Shown: positions 1 to 12,007 of the stretch, piece by piece
How the letters are laid out: each line of letters starts with the position of its first letter
Position numbering within the stretch: the first letter of the stretch is position 1
DNA from: Macrostomum lignano
Taxonomy: Eukaryota
Assembly: GCA_002269645.1 (NCBI GenBank)
Contig: NIVC01000543.1
Location: 1 to 64,000, forward strand
Direction: 5' to 3'
DNA length: 64,000 bases
The notes under the pieces: generated by a model
Seen by the model: only the letters and a program-made list of their open reading frames with translations
What the model was told of the DNA's origin: nothing
The model's database searches: none
Translations under genes and position numbers: made by a program

Positions 1-159
1 TATTACTGCATGTAATACTTCGTAGTTGAACGAATTAGAGGCCAATACTTCTCATTTCTTAAGACGACAAATCCACTGCTATTCCAGTAAAACTGTAGCT
101 AATTAAGTTTTAGCCGCTTGAATGGGCAATATATGGATAAAGCTAGGTGAGGGAATCAG

Positions 160-1432
160 TGGGAACTGGATGGGATAGATGGAAATGGATGGGATGGATG
201 GCAAATAGATGGGATAGATAAAAATGGATGGGATAGATAGCAAATGATGGGATGGATGGAAAATGGATGGGATAGATGGCAATGGATGGGATGGATGGCA
301 AATGGATGGGATACATAAAAATGGATGGGATACATAAAATTGGATGGGATAGATGGAAAATGGATGGGATAGATGGAAAATGGATGGGATAGATGGCAAA
401 TGGATGGGATAGATAAAAATGGATGGATGGATGGCAAATAGATGGATGGATAGATAAAAATGGATGGGATGGATGGCAAATGGATGGGATGGATGGCAAA
501 TAGATGGGATTGATAAAAATGGATGGGATGGATGGCAAATAGATGGGATAGATAGAAAATGGATGGGATAGATGGCAAATGGATGGGATGGATGGAAAAT
601 GGATGGGATGGATGGCAAATAGATGGGATAGATAAAAATGGATGGGATGGATGGCAAATAGATGGGATAGATAAAAATGGATGGGATAGATGGCAAATGG
701 ATGGGATGGATGGAAAATGGATGGGATGGATGGCAAATAGATGGGATAGATAAAAATGGATGGATAGATGGCAAATGGATGGGATGGATGGGAAATGGAT
801 GGGATAGATGGGAAATGATGGGATAGATGGAAAATGGATGGGATGGATGGCAAATAGATGGATAGATAAAAATGGATGGGATAGATAAAAATGGATGGAT
901 AGATAAAAATGGATGGGATAGATAAAAATGGATGGGATAGATAAAAATGGATGGGATGGATGGCAAATAGATGGGATAGATAAAAATGGATGGGATAGAT
1001 GGCAATTGGATGGGATGGATGGAAAATGGATGGGATAGATGGCAATTGGATGGGATGGATGGCAAATGGATGGGATGGATGGCAAATGGATGGGATACAT
1101 AAAAATGGATGGGATACATAAAATTGGATGGGATAGATGGCAATTGGATGGATGGATGGAAAATGGATGGGATACATAAAATTGGATGGGATAGATGGCA
1201 ATTGGATGGGATGGATGGAAAATGGATGGGATAGATAAAAATGGATGGGATAGATGGCAATTGGATGGGATGGATGGAAAATGGATGGGATAGATGGCAA
1301 TTGGATGGGATGGATGGCAAATGGATGGGATACATAAAAATGGATGGGATACATAAAATTGGATGGGATAGATGGCAATTGGATGGGATAGGTGGCAATT
1401 GGATGGGATGGATGGGAAATGGATGGGGATAG
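160..1432. repeat. GGAT-rich low-complexity tandem array (about 20-24 bp imperfect units such as ATGGATGGGATAGATGGCAA)
   Basis: Continuous ATGG/GATA/GGCAA units with very few C on the + strand. It explains the repetitive SHP/IHP ORFs at 103-1735. Confidence 0.95.
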
Positions 1433-2264
1433 ATGGCAAGTGGGTTTGGGATCGGTAGGAAATAGAGAGGATCGATGGGAACGGGTGGGGCATGGGGGTA
1501 CATTGCGAGTGCATGAGCAGCCTATGATGATGAGGACCCAGCAGCAATCGGGTGCCTCTGCGTCACGATCTCCAAGAATAGTTCTTTCACCCTGTTTCAC
1601 GAAATTCGACACGGGAAATAGAAAATTATCTTGGAACTTTGAGAAGGCGCTCAATTCCCCCAATCTCCATAATATATTACTGGCGAGCCCGCCACGGTCA
1701 GCGATGGAATCGCAAAGGGCAAAATGAAGCGCCATGGACAGCGGAGGCTGAGCGAGCAGGTCCTGTGCGGCATAAAAGCTTCACATTAGTCACCGCAGTT
1801 CTCCGCTGACAATTTTCATTGAAGCAGGGGGCTGCGGGAGGCTCTGATTAAATTGAGAGGGTCGCGGCGAGAGTTTATCTCGGGCCCGCTCCGATAATGG
1901 ATCGGCCATTCGGGGAGCAGGTCCGGTCTTATCGGCGCAAAAATTATTCCCATTTCGACTGCGGTGTCTGTCCGAGATATTTCTTCTTTCATTTTTTGAG
2001 TTGAAGTTTTTCCTGGGGAGAACGGCACGTGACCTGCCAAGGCCGCCGCGCCGGAGCTGGGGAGTGGGGATCGAGCTCGCGCTGCCGTCATTCGCTGGCC
2101 GAGAGGGAACGCAGATACCGTAGCAAGAAAATGCGCAGGAAATTTTCCCCTGTTCTTCCCCTGCACTGCGAGCGCATCAGCTGCTCCTGGCTTGAAGAAA
2201 AACGGAAAGGGGGTTCGAGCAGCCGGACTGCAGGGTCCCGACGCATCGGAGCGCAGCCCGAGTC

Positions 2265-5188
2265 ATGTACACCACCGTCAGCAGGCGCGAGTCTGATCTG
2301 CCGATCCGACGCGAGCGGGTGCCGTTCCGCGGCGCCAACCGGCCGCTGACGGCGCTGCGGGAGCCGTACGCCCAGCCGTTCGCCAGCGGCCGCTACACGA
2401 CACCCGCCGCCCGCATTAAGATGTCCAAGTCGCAGAAGCGCAAAAACCTCCGACGCCTGAGGCGCAAGAAGCGGATTAAGGAGACGGTCAACTGCTGCAA
2501 GCACTTTCTGGCCTTCATGTTTTCCAACCTGGGCCTCTCCAGCCTCATCATCGCCTACACCGTGATCGGAGGCGTCATGTTCCAGAGCCTCGAGTACCAG
2601 CAAGAGATGAGCACGCGGCAGGCTGTGCAGAAGTACTTCAACGACACCGTCACGAATATCACTGGCGATATCGAGGAGAGCATCCAGCAGCGCTGCTTGA
2701 GCCTCGGCCAGCAGCTCGTCAACGTCAGCGATGGAGGCTGGCGGCTGCTGTACGGCATCTGCCAGCGCCTGGAGGTGAAGCCGCTGACCAACCCGCGGCT
2801 GGAGGCGCACCTGAAGGAGTACCACCGGAGGCTCGTTATCTTCATCAACATTGACGGCTGGAACGGCCGGTTCGACGAGGAAGTCAACTGGAGCTTCTCC
2901 GGGGCGCTGCTGTACGTGGTGACGGTCATCACCACCATCGGTGAGCTGCGGTGAACAGAGTGCGCAGTCAAAAATGGTCGCATATTAAAAATTATTCACA
3001 GTATCTCAGAGGCTCCTTAAGGCTAAGGCGCGAATGCAGGGTCATTATAGGTCAAACTAATGATACTTGTAGATCAAAATTTCATCAGATTGAAAAAACG
3101 ACTGCAATGCTTTTCTGTGCAACTTTGAAAGCTTTGTACTTCAAAAATCTGCGTGATCTGACCAATATTCCCATTTTCGAATCCAAGAGACAACTGGGCA
3201 TGGTAACTGTGCTTGACCTTGATATGACCTTGAAATCATTGGGCGTCCACAGCTCAGCCCTTGAAGCTTTTGGGTTTCATTGATTTTCCAGTTTAACTCG
3301 AATTTCACTTTAATAATCAAATTTCGGTGAACGCGAACTCCACCAGGTTACGGACAGGTGGTGCCCAAGACGCACAAAGGCTACCTGCTCACCATGCTGT
3401 ACGCCTTCTTCGGGATCCCGCTGGTCTTCCTCTACCTCAACAACGTTGGCGACTACCTGGCTGACGCCTTCCGCCTGCTCTACCGGGACGCCTTCCGGCC
3501 CGCCTGGCGCCGCATCTTCCGCCGGCGGACCCGAGAGCGGCTCAGCGCCTTCGCCTCCAACTGCCGCCGCCTTGCGCTGATCCCGCTGGTTGCCGCCGCC
3601 TCCGGCTTGTCCCGCCTGTGCGAGAGGCTCTGCCGCGTCTGCGCCACCGAGGTCGTGGGACCTGAGGACGAGGAAGAGGACGAAAGCGAAGAGGTGCTTG
3701 TGCTGGATGAAGCTGCAAGCGTGCAGGTGGTCGCGACAGCTCCAAGTCCGCCGCCGCCGCCATCTCCGCCACCATCGCCCTCGCTGTCGCAGCTGCCTTC
3801 GCCGCTGGCGCTGCCCAAGTCGCGTGGCGCCGCCCTGCCGCCCTTCATGAGCAGCAACGCCTCCATCCGAGTCGCCTACGTGATGGCCCGCGTGCTGCCC
3901 GCCCGGCCCACGCCGCCTGCGCTGGACCTGACGGGAATCCCCTACCACTCCGAGCCGCCGCGCCTCGCGAACGGCACTCGTCGCCCTGGAGACTCTGCTG
4001 ATGAAGCGGGGGCCACAGACGTCGATGCCAACCTGCTCGCGCAGGTGCAGACGCCGATTTCGCAGAGGCCGATCCGCGACTGGACCAGCGAGGAGCTTGA
4101 GCAGGTGCCTCTCATCGGCTGGTCCGACATCGACTGCGAGCTCATGGAAGCTGCCGCCGCGGCTGCCGCAGCCGCCGCCACTTCAGCCGACGTGTTCGGG
4201 CGGGACATTGGAGGCAGTGACGAGGACGCGCTGGAGTCGGCGGACCGGCCCGGCAGGCTGCTCAAGAGCTCCTCCGTGCCATCAACCCTCGCTGTCGCAG
4301 CTCCGACGGCTTCCGCACGCCTGCGGTCGCTAGGCGAGTCGTCGGGCTATGAGTCGGGCGCCATGCCGCCTCCGCGAGGCCGCCACTCGGAGCCGGCGCA
4401 AGTTGGCAGCCGTCGAGGGCCGCGGGCGGCGCCGGCCGCGTCTCCAGAGTGGCTGGAGTTCCTGCGCCAGCGCCAGGAATCGAACCCCATGCTGCGCCGC
4501 TGCAGCTACGTCAGCGTGCACGAGCCGTCGAGCGTTTCGACCAGCACGCAGCTGGAGGAGGACGAAGACGACAAAGACTCCATGCAGGGCCTGACGCTGC
4601 GCCAGGTGACGGTGCCGCTTTCCCTCTCCGTGTCCGTCATGATCCTCTACATCATATTCGGCGCGCTGATATTCACCATCTGGGAGGACAAAGACTACGT
4701 GAAGTGGTCCTACTTCTGCTTCATCACGCTGAGCACAATCGGCTTCGGTGACATTGTGCCGGGTGAGCAGGCTGCTGCAGTTTTAACTCTCAGTGGAGAA
4801 TTCAGTAGAAAATCTTGAGCATCAAAGTAATTTGCAATTTACTTTTGAGATTGCTAATGTGACAGCTATTGCAACCGCAGGTACCAAAGTGGACAGCGAG
4901 AATCCGAAGGAGAAGCTGATAGCTACAGTATTTTACGTAGCCATCGGCTTGTCCGTGTTCGCCATGTGCTTCAAGCTCATGCAGGAGGAGGTGCTGCAGA
5001 AGGTGCGCCGTCTCGGCCGACGCATGGTGGCCATCCGAGACCGCCTCACCAACGGCAGGGGCTCCGACAGCGGCTCCGCCGGCGGCAGCTGCGACGACCG
5101 CGGCGGCCGGTTGAAATTCACCAGGTCGCTTCGGGGCATGAATGGGCTGTGGGAGAAACTCAGGCCCAGGTCCAGTGTGTCCCTCTGA
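2265..5188 (+). CDS. Two-pore-domain (K2P/TWIK-like) potassium channel; exons 2265-2940, 3347-4762, 4881-5188 (about 799 aa)
   Basis: M1 (SSLIIAYTVIGGVMF), cap domain, P1 'WSFSGALLYVVTVITTIG|YG' rebuilt across a GTGAGC..CAG phase-1 intron, M2, P2 'YFCFITLSTIGFGDIVPG', M4 'YVAIGLSVFAMCFKLMQEEV'. Spliced length is 2400 nt and stays in frame. The C-terminal end is less certain because it runs into a repeat. Confidence 0.92.
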
Positions 5189-5561
5189 GCTGCATGGGCT
5201 GTGGGAGAGACTCAGGCCCAGGCCCAGTGTGTCCCTCTGAGCTGCATGGGCTGTGGGAGACTCAGGCCCAGGTCCAGTGTGTCCCTCTGAGCTGCATGGG
5301 CTGTGGGAGAGACTCAGGCCCAGGTCCAGTGTGTCCCTCTGAGCTGCATGGGCTGTGGGAGACTCAGGACCAGGTCCAGTGTGTCCCTCTGAGCTGCATG
5401 GGCTGTGGGAGACTCAGGACCAGGTCCAGTGTGTCCCTCTGAGCTGCATGGGCTGTGGGAGACTCAGGCCCAGGTCCAGTGTGTCCCTCTGAGCTGCATG
5501 GGCTGTGGGAGAGACTCAGGCCCAGGTCCAGTGTGTCCCTCTGAGCTGCATGGGCTGTGGG
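5144..5561. repeat. 50/52-bp tandem minisatellite, about 8 copies
   Basis: Unit GAGCTGCATGGGCTGTGGGA(GA)GACTCAGGCCCAGGTCCAGTGTGTCCCTCT; 50-bp period visible at 5341-5400. Confidence 0.95.
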
Positions 5562-6511
5562 ACAGTCCTAGGTTCTTAACCCTATCAACTTCTACTGACC
5601 TGAAGCAGCCATCGAATCTCCCACCGTCAAGAGTTGCTTATACCCGCCAGTCACAAAGCACAAATGACACATGAGACTCTCTGCTGTAAATACGGTGCAA
5701 CCAATTCACGCCCCATTCTTTATGACAAGCACAAGTCTCGACCAAAGACTACCAAAGTAACGTAAATTAGACTTTTTAGTTCTTCAAATTTTCACGTCTA
5801 CTGCTGCTAACTTAATATCGAATGCGAGCAATTCGCTCTAATTATCCATTCTGAATAAAAGGTGAATGTTTTACTCAGCTAAAGATGGCATGATATGCAT
5901 ACCGCATGACGCATGAGTGCAATGCTTTGCTGCTTTTAAGAGTTTAAAGTTTGCAATACATGTACATTATATATGTGAGAAATAATGCATTAGTTCAGCC
6001 AATGCATGGTTTTTGGTTCAGCATGAGATTAATGATTTTTATATCCGTATTTTTTGGACACCTAAAAGCAATGTGTAAGCTGACTACTTACTCACTGCTT
6101 AGTAGTATTTGACTAATTTTGCTATAATTGGTGACTGCTTCAAATAGAAAAAGTAATGAGAAATACTAAGAATGTTTTCTGCAGTTTCAAAGTGTTCAAG
6201 TTAAATTACAGTACAGAATTGGGACCATGCGGGTAGCGCTGAAGCAGGAAGAGAGTATTTTTGAAGCAGATGTTCTATCAAGTAGGGTGGAAGATTGGAT
6301 TCGGTAGAGAGTCGCAAAAGTACAAAAAACACCCGACGATAATTGCGGTGCCACCGATTTCACTCGGGCTCCCCTGTTTAAATTTCAATTCTGTAAAATT
6401 TCCATTCCGGATGAGGCAAATGCCGAGTGGAGCAGGGTGAGGATATCAAGAAAACAGTCGCACTAGAGCGAATCTCAGATCTCGAGCAGTCCGTCCGATT
6501 CCTGTGGCCGG

Positions 6512-8424
6512 CTATCCCGGTGGCCGGCGGAAGTCCTCCACCGCCAGCAGCAGGAGCACACCCAGGCAGAAGAGCACCACACTGATGGAGAAGGCGTTTA
6601 GCATTGAGGCGCTCCACGAGAGCTTGTCGTAGTTGGCGCTGCAGTGCGGGGCAGGGTTGAGGATCAGCTCGCTTCCATGCAGTTGGAATTTCTACAGGAA
6701 CTTTAGCCCAGGCCACACTAAATTGTGAGCATTATTAGGCTGGTGCCGAAAGAACGAAACGAAAGAGCTCAATATTTCATGCCCCCAGCCAATGTGACAG
6801 CCCCGATGAGCACAGGCACAGTATCACTCATAAATCCCCAGCCAATGTGACAGCGCCGGTGAGCACAGGCACAGTATCACTCACATGCCCCCAGCCAATG
6901 TGACAGCGCCGGTGAGCACAGGCACAGTATCACTCAAATGCCCCCAGCCAATGTGACAGCCCCGGTGAGCACAGGCACAGTATCACTCATAAATCCCCAG
7001 CCAATGTGACAGCGCCGGTGAGCACAGGCACAGTATCACTCACATGCCCCCAGCCAATGTGACAGCCCCGGTGAGCACAGGCACAGTATCACTCACATGC
7101 CCTCAGCCAATGTGACAGCGCCGGTGAGCATAGGCACAGTATCACTCACATGTCCCCAGCCAATGTGACAGCCCCGGTGAGCACAGGCACAGTATCACTC
7201 ACATGCCCCCAGCCAATGTGACAGCGCCGGTGAGCACAGGCACAGTATCACTCACATGCCCCCAGCCAATGTGACAGCGCCGGTGAGCACAGGCACAGTA
7301 TCACTCACATGCCCCCAGCCAATGTGACAGCGCCGGTGAGCACAGGCACAGTATCACTCACATGCCCCCAGCCAATGTGACAGCCCCGGTGAGCACAGTC
7401 ATGCAGGCCAGGCCTAAGATGATGGCCCCGCAGAAGCGGTGCAGGCGCAGCACGATGGCCCTGATGGGCGGGGAGCCGCCGGGGTACAGGAAGACAAGGA
7501 AGCCGGCGAGCCACTGGAGGCCAAACAGGCCGATGGTGCCGATGCCCAGCCAGGAGTGCAGGCTGAAGAAGTGCGCGTGAAGAAGGTCATTTTTGTGCTG
7601 GATGACGGCGACCAGGCCAGCGATGGTCATGCCGAAGGACATCAGGTTGAAGCAGGCGTGGGCGATCTTCACGGGCAGTTTGGGACGGTTTCGCATCAGG
7701 CGGTACAGAAGCATGCCTGGCATGGGATGTGGCAGTTTTTAGCGTTTTTTTAGCATCACGGTGCACTCTAGCGAGTCTAAAAACACTGCAACGAGATTTC
7801 CTAAATGCTTCCACTATGACGTCGGAGCAGTTCTGAAATAACAAACTGGTTCGACTGACCTTGGAGCCACATCTGGTTGTTCATTTTTTCATGCCTTTCA
7901 CTGACCAAGAATGGTTTCCTTTTCTGAGTGCAGTTGTCCCTGAGCCAGTCACTACCGCAGTCACTTGGTCACTCGGCTAAGAGTACCGACTGAGGCAGCT
8001 GCCGTCTCCCCTCACCTTTGCTGTTGAGATGCACGAGCGCAGTGGTCATGAACAGCGGGTGGAACTTGAACACGTGCTCCTTGTCCCAGGCAAAGCCGCT
8101 CTTGCCGAAGCTGTACAGAAAGACACCCAGCAGGGTCATCATGACTAGTCCGATCGCCTGCAGGGGCGAAGGAGAAGACTTTAACAAAAACTGGTATGAC
8201 TCTGTTGGAAAACTCTTGCATGAAGTGTGCAAATCCGTCACATACTACTCCACTTTGATAGTAGATCCCTTTGAGTTGTGTTGTGTCAGGCAAAGATGAG
8301 AATAAAGATCCTTGTCTGCGCTCACCTGCACCCCAGCGAATCCGGCCAGAAACCGACGGTAGGCGGAGCGAGAACTCGGCACCTCCGGCGGAATGTCCAT
8401 CGTCTGGTAGTTGATCTCTGCCAT
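6512..8424 (-). CDS. CYB561: Cytochrome b561 family (transmembrane ascorbate-dependent reductase); exons 8424-8326, 8157-8016, 7716-about 7370, 6691-6512
   Basis: 'FKFHPLFMTTAL', 'KG|MLLYR', 'VKIAHACFN', 'HFFSLHSWLG' and 'LHRFCG' supply the heme-ligating His residues. The last exon reads KFQL...NAFSISVVLFCLGVLLLL..DFRRPPG* (TM6). Junctions 1 and 2 are canonical. The exon 3 to exon 4 junction lies in a repeat and is unresolved. Confidence 0.85.
6777..7398. repeat. 53-bp tandem minisatellite, about 11.5 copies, overlapping the 3' end of cyt b561 exon 3
   Basis: Unit ACATGCCCCCAGCCAATGTGACAGCGCCGGTGAGCACAGGCACAGTATCACTC; period 53 (7201 to 7254). Confidence 0.95.
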
Positions 8425-8857
8425 TGTTCGCTGTGCAGCAATTGCCAGCTAGATAGAAACCCGATCTTTAAGCTCTGCTTGCCTTAAACTTTTATCTGGT
8501 CCCTTATCTTCAGGCAAGCTGGCCAAAACTTTCATTGGACGACATGCTCTCGGAGACTTTCACCGAGCTCCAGCTGATACAGGGCACGTTGGCAGGCAGG
8601 CAGGCAGTGTTTAGGCGTCACTGGGTGCTGCAATCGCCCACCGCAATTATCAGCTTAGCGGGAGACCGATTTGTGCCAGCTGGCTTGACACGCGGGCTTA
8701 AAGTCTTGAGCTTCGCGAAGTCCAATAGACAAGCTTGCTGCCCTATCTGGCCCCGCTATCAGCCGAAGCTAGTGGGCAGAGACCAACTCTCAAGGCCTCG
8801 TATTAAGGCGCTTTTTATCTTTGCGAACATTCTGTTCTTAGAGGGCTACCTTTGAAA

Positions 8858-9855
8858 GCATAGAGAAGAATAGAGAAGCAGAGGGAAGAATATGGAAGCA
8901 AAGGGAAGAATAGGGAAGCATAGAGAAGAATAGGGAAGAATAGGGAAGCATAGAGAAGAATAGGGAAGTATAGGGAAGAATAGGGAAGCATAGGGAACAA
9001 TAGAGAAGCAGAGGGAGAATATGGAAGCATAGGGAAGAATAGGGAAGCATAGGGAACAATAGAGAAGCAGAGGGAGAATATGGAAGCATAGGGAAGAATA
9101 GGGAAGCATAGGGAACAATAGAGAAGCAGAGGAAAGAATATGGAAGCATATAGGGAAGAATAGGGAAGCATAGGGAAGAATAGGGAAGCATAGAGAAGAA
9201 TAGGGAAGAATAGGGAAGCATAGAGAAGAATAGGGAAGTATAGGGAAGAATAGAGAAGCATAGAGAAGAATAGAGAAGAATAGGGAAGCATAGAGAAGCA
9301 TAGGGAAAAATAGGGAAGCATAGAGAAGAATAGGGAAGTATAGAGAAGAATAGGGAAGTATAGGGAAGAATAGGAAAGTATAGGGAAGAATAGGAAAGCA
9401 TAGAGAAGCATAGGGAAGAATAGGGAAGCATAGAGAAGCATAGGGAAAAATAGGGAAGCATAGAGAAGAATAGGGAAGTATAGGGAAGAATAGGAAAGCA
9501 TAGAGAAGCATAGGGAAGAATAGGGAAGCATAGAGAAGAATAGGGAAGCATAGAGAAGAATAGGGAAGTATAGGGAAGAATAGGAAAGCATAGAGAAGCA
9601 TAGAGAAGAATAGGGAAGCATAGAGAAGAATAGGGAAGCATAGAGAAGAATAGGGAAGTATAGGGAAGAATAGGAAAGCATAGAGAAGCATAGAGAAGAA
9701 TAGGGAAGCATAGAGAAGAATAGGGAAGCATAGAGAAGCATAGAGAAGAATAGGGAAGCATAGAGAAGAATAGGGAAGCATAGAGAAGCATAGAGAAGAA
9801 TAGGGAAGCATAGGGAAGTATAGGGAAGAATAGGGAAGAATAGATAAGCATAAGA
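8858..9855. repeat. 10-bp purine-rich microsatellite (TAGGGAAGAA/TAGAGAAGCA), about 100 copies
   Basis: Read directly from the sequence. It produces the repetitive YSSLCFPIL ORFs at 8815-9866. Confidence 0.95.
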
Positions 9856-12007
9856 AAGCTGCACAAGGCTGTGAGCTCAGAGGCCCAGTCAGTGTGTAAT
9901 GGAACCGCAGTCTGTGTGTTGAGACCGGAAGTGTTTCAAACCCTGAGTACCGGTATTTAAAACCCTTCGCTGTCTGAATATCTAGAAACCATTGAGCACA
10001 TGTTGCCTCATGCTACTCTTAATAGCTCGTACTCTGGTATGCCAGCTTTCTCGCAGATCACAGCCACAAAGGACCTCCTGCTGAGAAGTCATCTGGTCTG
10101 TGCAACAGGAGCCCGACTGATCAGCCCTAAACAGCTAACCAGAGTTCCCAATCCCCCCCAGTCCCCTATAGGCCGTTACACCCCCATGCTCAAATGCTCC
10201 CGAACTTCTGGATGTAGCCCCTGCTTCAGTAGAGTAAGAATGGGGGAGTTCTAGAGTAAGAGCGCTGCTCATAAGAGGCGATTCCCAATAGCGCCAGAGG
10301 CAACAGACGGGGCGGACACAGTTACCGAATCAATCAGGGCTGGCGATCTGCAACCAGGAGCCTGGCATGTAATGGTGGGCTCAGCACACCTGTGTAGCAT
10401 GAGACAGACCAGGCTTGCGAGCTAAGGCCTGCGATCCTACACAACTGCACCCCCTCTATTCTGGTGCAGGAGTGGCTGGAGAACTCTCCAAGCTGACTCA
10501 CAAGCCGACCCAGGGGTTCGCGTCCCGCATGTGTTCAAGGCAGCTCTAGGGCTGCTGGACTGACTGGGCTCTGGCGGCGGCAAGCCAACCGTGGCCTTGA
10601 CTTCTGTCTTGGCAGCTTTGGGTACTGGCTCGGCCCGGAAGTGAACCTGTGCGTATCAGGTACCTTTGACCACGGACAGCCCCTTGTCCCCTCAAAGGCC
10701 AGTGTAGCACCGCGCTGATGGTCCTTTGGTTTGACCTCTGGTTTCTCCAAGCCGGGCTCTTAGCCGGGGAGTTTCTCGGTTGCTAGCGGTCGGGCCGGGC
10801 CGGTAAGGGCCTAAGCCACCCCCGGACGCTATCTTTTGGCTGGCTGTTGGGTTTGGGCGCAGCAGCTTCTCACCTCCAGTCCCCATTCGCCTTTCAGCGA
10901 CTCATGGAGTATTAATTTACTTCCGACACGTCGGAGGCTGCTGGAGCACCAACCGAGGTTGGTGCCGCAGCCCAGCCGGACATTCACAACACCGGAACAC
11001 CCGGTGCCTCTCAGTCAGCCCCTGCCGCCACTCAGGACAATACCGAAGTGGCTGGACACAGTACGGCGGACCTCGGACCTTTAATAAGACCCGTAGCATT
11101 GCTCGCTACAAAGCTTTTCTCCAGCACAAAGCGGAGGAATGGAGGAGTGCGAAAGCCGCCCCTTCGGTCGCCGGCATGTGCCGGTAACTCTGCGAATCCC
11201 GCGGAGGAGCCGACATCCGACAAGGGGGTGGACCCTGCGCGCTGGTCAGAAGCGTCAGGTGCCGCCGAAGCTCCTTGTGCGGCAGGTCCCTTCCGTGGCG
11301 GGACGCCGGACCTCTGCCCCTGTGGAAGCTCCCACGGCCGTGGAGGGATCCAACGCGGGGGTGCTGGCCAAACCACCAAGCCGAAGCGCACCTATGCGGC
11401 TATGGCCAAGAGGCAGCCGGCTTTGATCATTCAAGGCCAGGAGATGCCTCTTACGGCCGAACAGCTCGACCTTATCTGGAACAGGTTGGACTCCCACCTG
11501 GTCAAGATGGCCTTGAGCGGTACCGCTATTCAAGTCCAAAAGACGAAAGTCGAGGACCAAGCCCTCCATATCCAGCCCGCCGATAGCCAGTCTGAACAGC
11601 AGCTCCTCGAGATTCTGAAAGCCTTCGACTGGGGACGGAGCTGGAAAACCTGTTTATCTACAGGGAGGACGAGCGACCCCGGACACACCGGCACCGTGCC
11701 TGGATTCCGGCTTGCAGCTCCATCACCAAGACCGACGAGCTGCGTCGCCTGCTAGTGGCTGCCAATCCGGAGCTGCCAGCCAATGGCGTCGTAGTTCACG
11801 AGACCATCTCCAAGCCGGGCGGAGACGGTTTCACGACTATTCTTTGACTGTCGGATAGTTGGATGCTCCGCTATCCGGACATGTCCATCATCTCTGTCGG
11901 GCTGATGCAGATTCAAATCTTCAGTTTTAAGTCTGACGCCACCCGCCCACCGCCCCCGGAGATCAATCGAGTGGGAGTGGCGAGTGGGAGCTCTGCCGGG
12001 GGGGGGA

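Noticed and set aside
103-1735. Long ORFs of 460-530 aa on the minus strand, and similar long ORFs at 8815-9866, 24100-25828, 49696-51463, 55798-56646, 58062-59258, 60807-62016 and 62385-63629
   Set aside because: They are translations of stop-free tandem repeats, often open in several frames or on both strands, and many lie in introns. There is no evidence they are proteins.
1392-2349. Short ORFs upstream of the K2P ATG as extra coding exons
   Set aside because: No recognisable motifs or convincing in-frame splice junctions to exon 1.
10740-10900. Possible HDV-like ribozyme in the LINE 5' region (CCGGGG/CCCCGG pairing, CTAA; antisense GGCGAATGGGGAC)
   Set aside because: I could not build P1, P1.1 and J4/2 with correct geometry, and the HDV-like 3' string is on the wrong strand. 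A covariance or RNArobo search would be needed.
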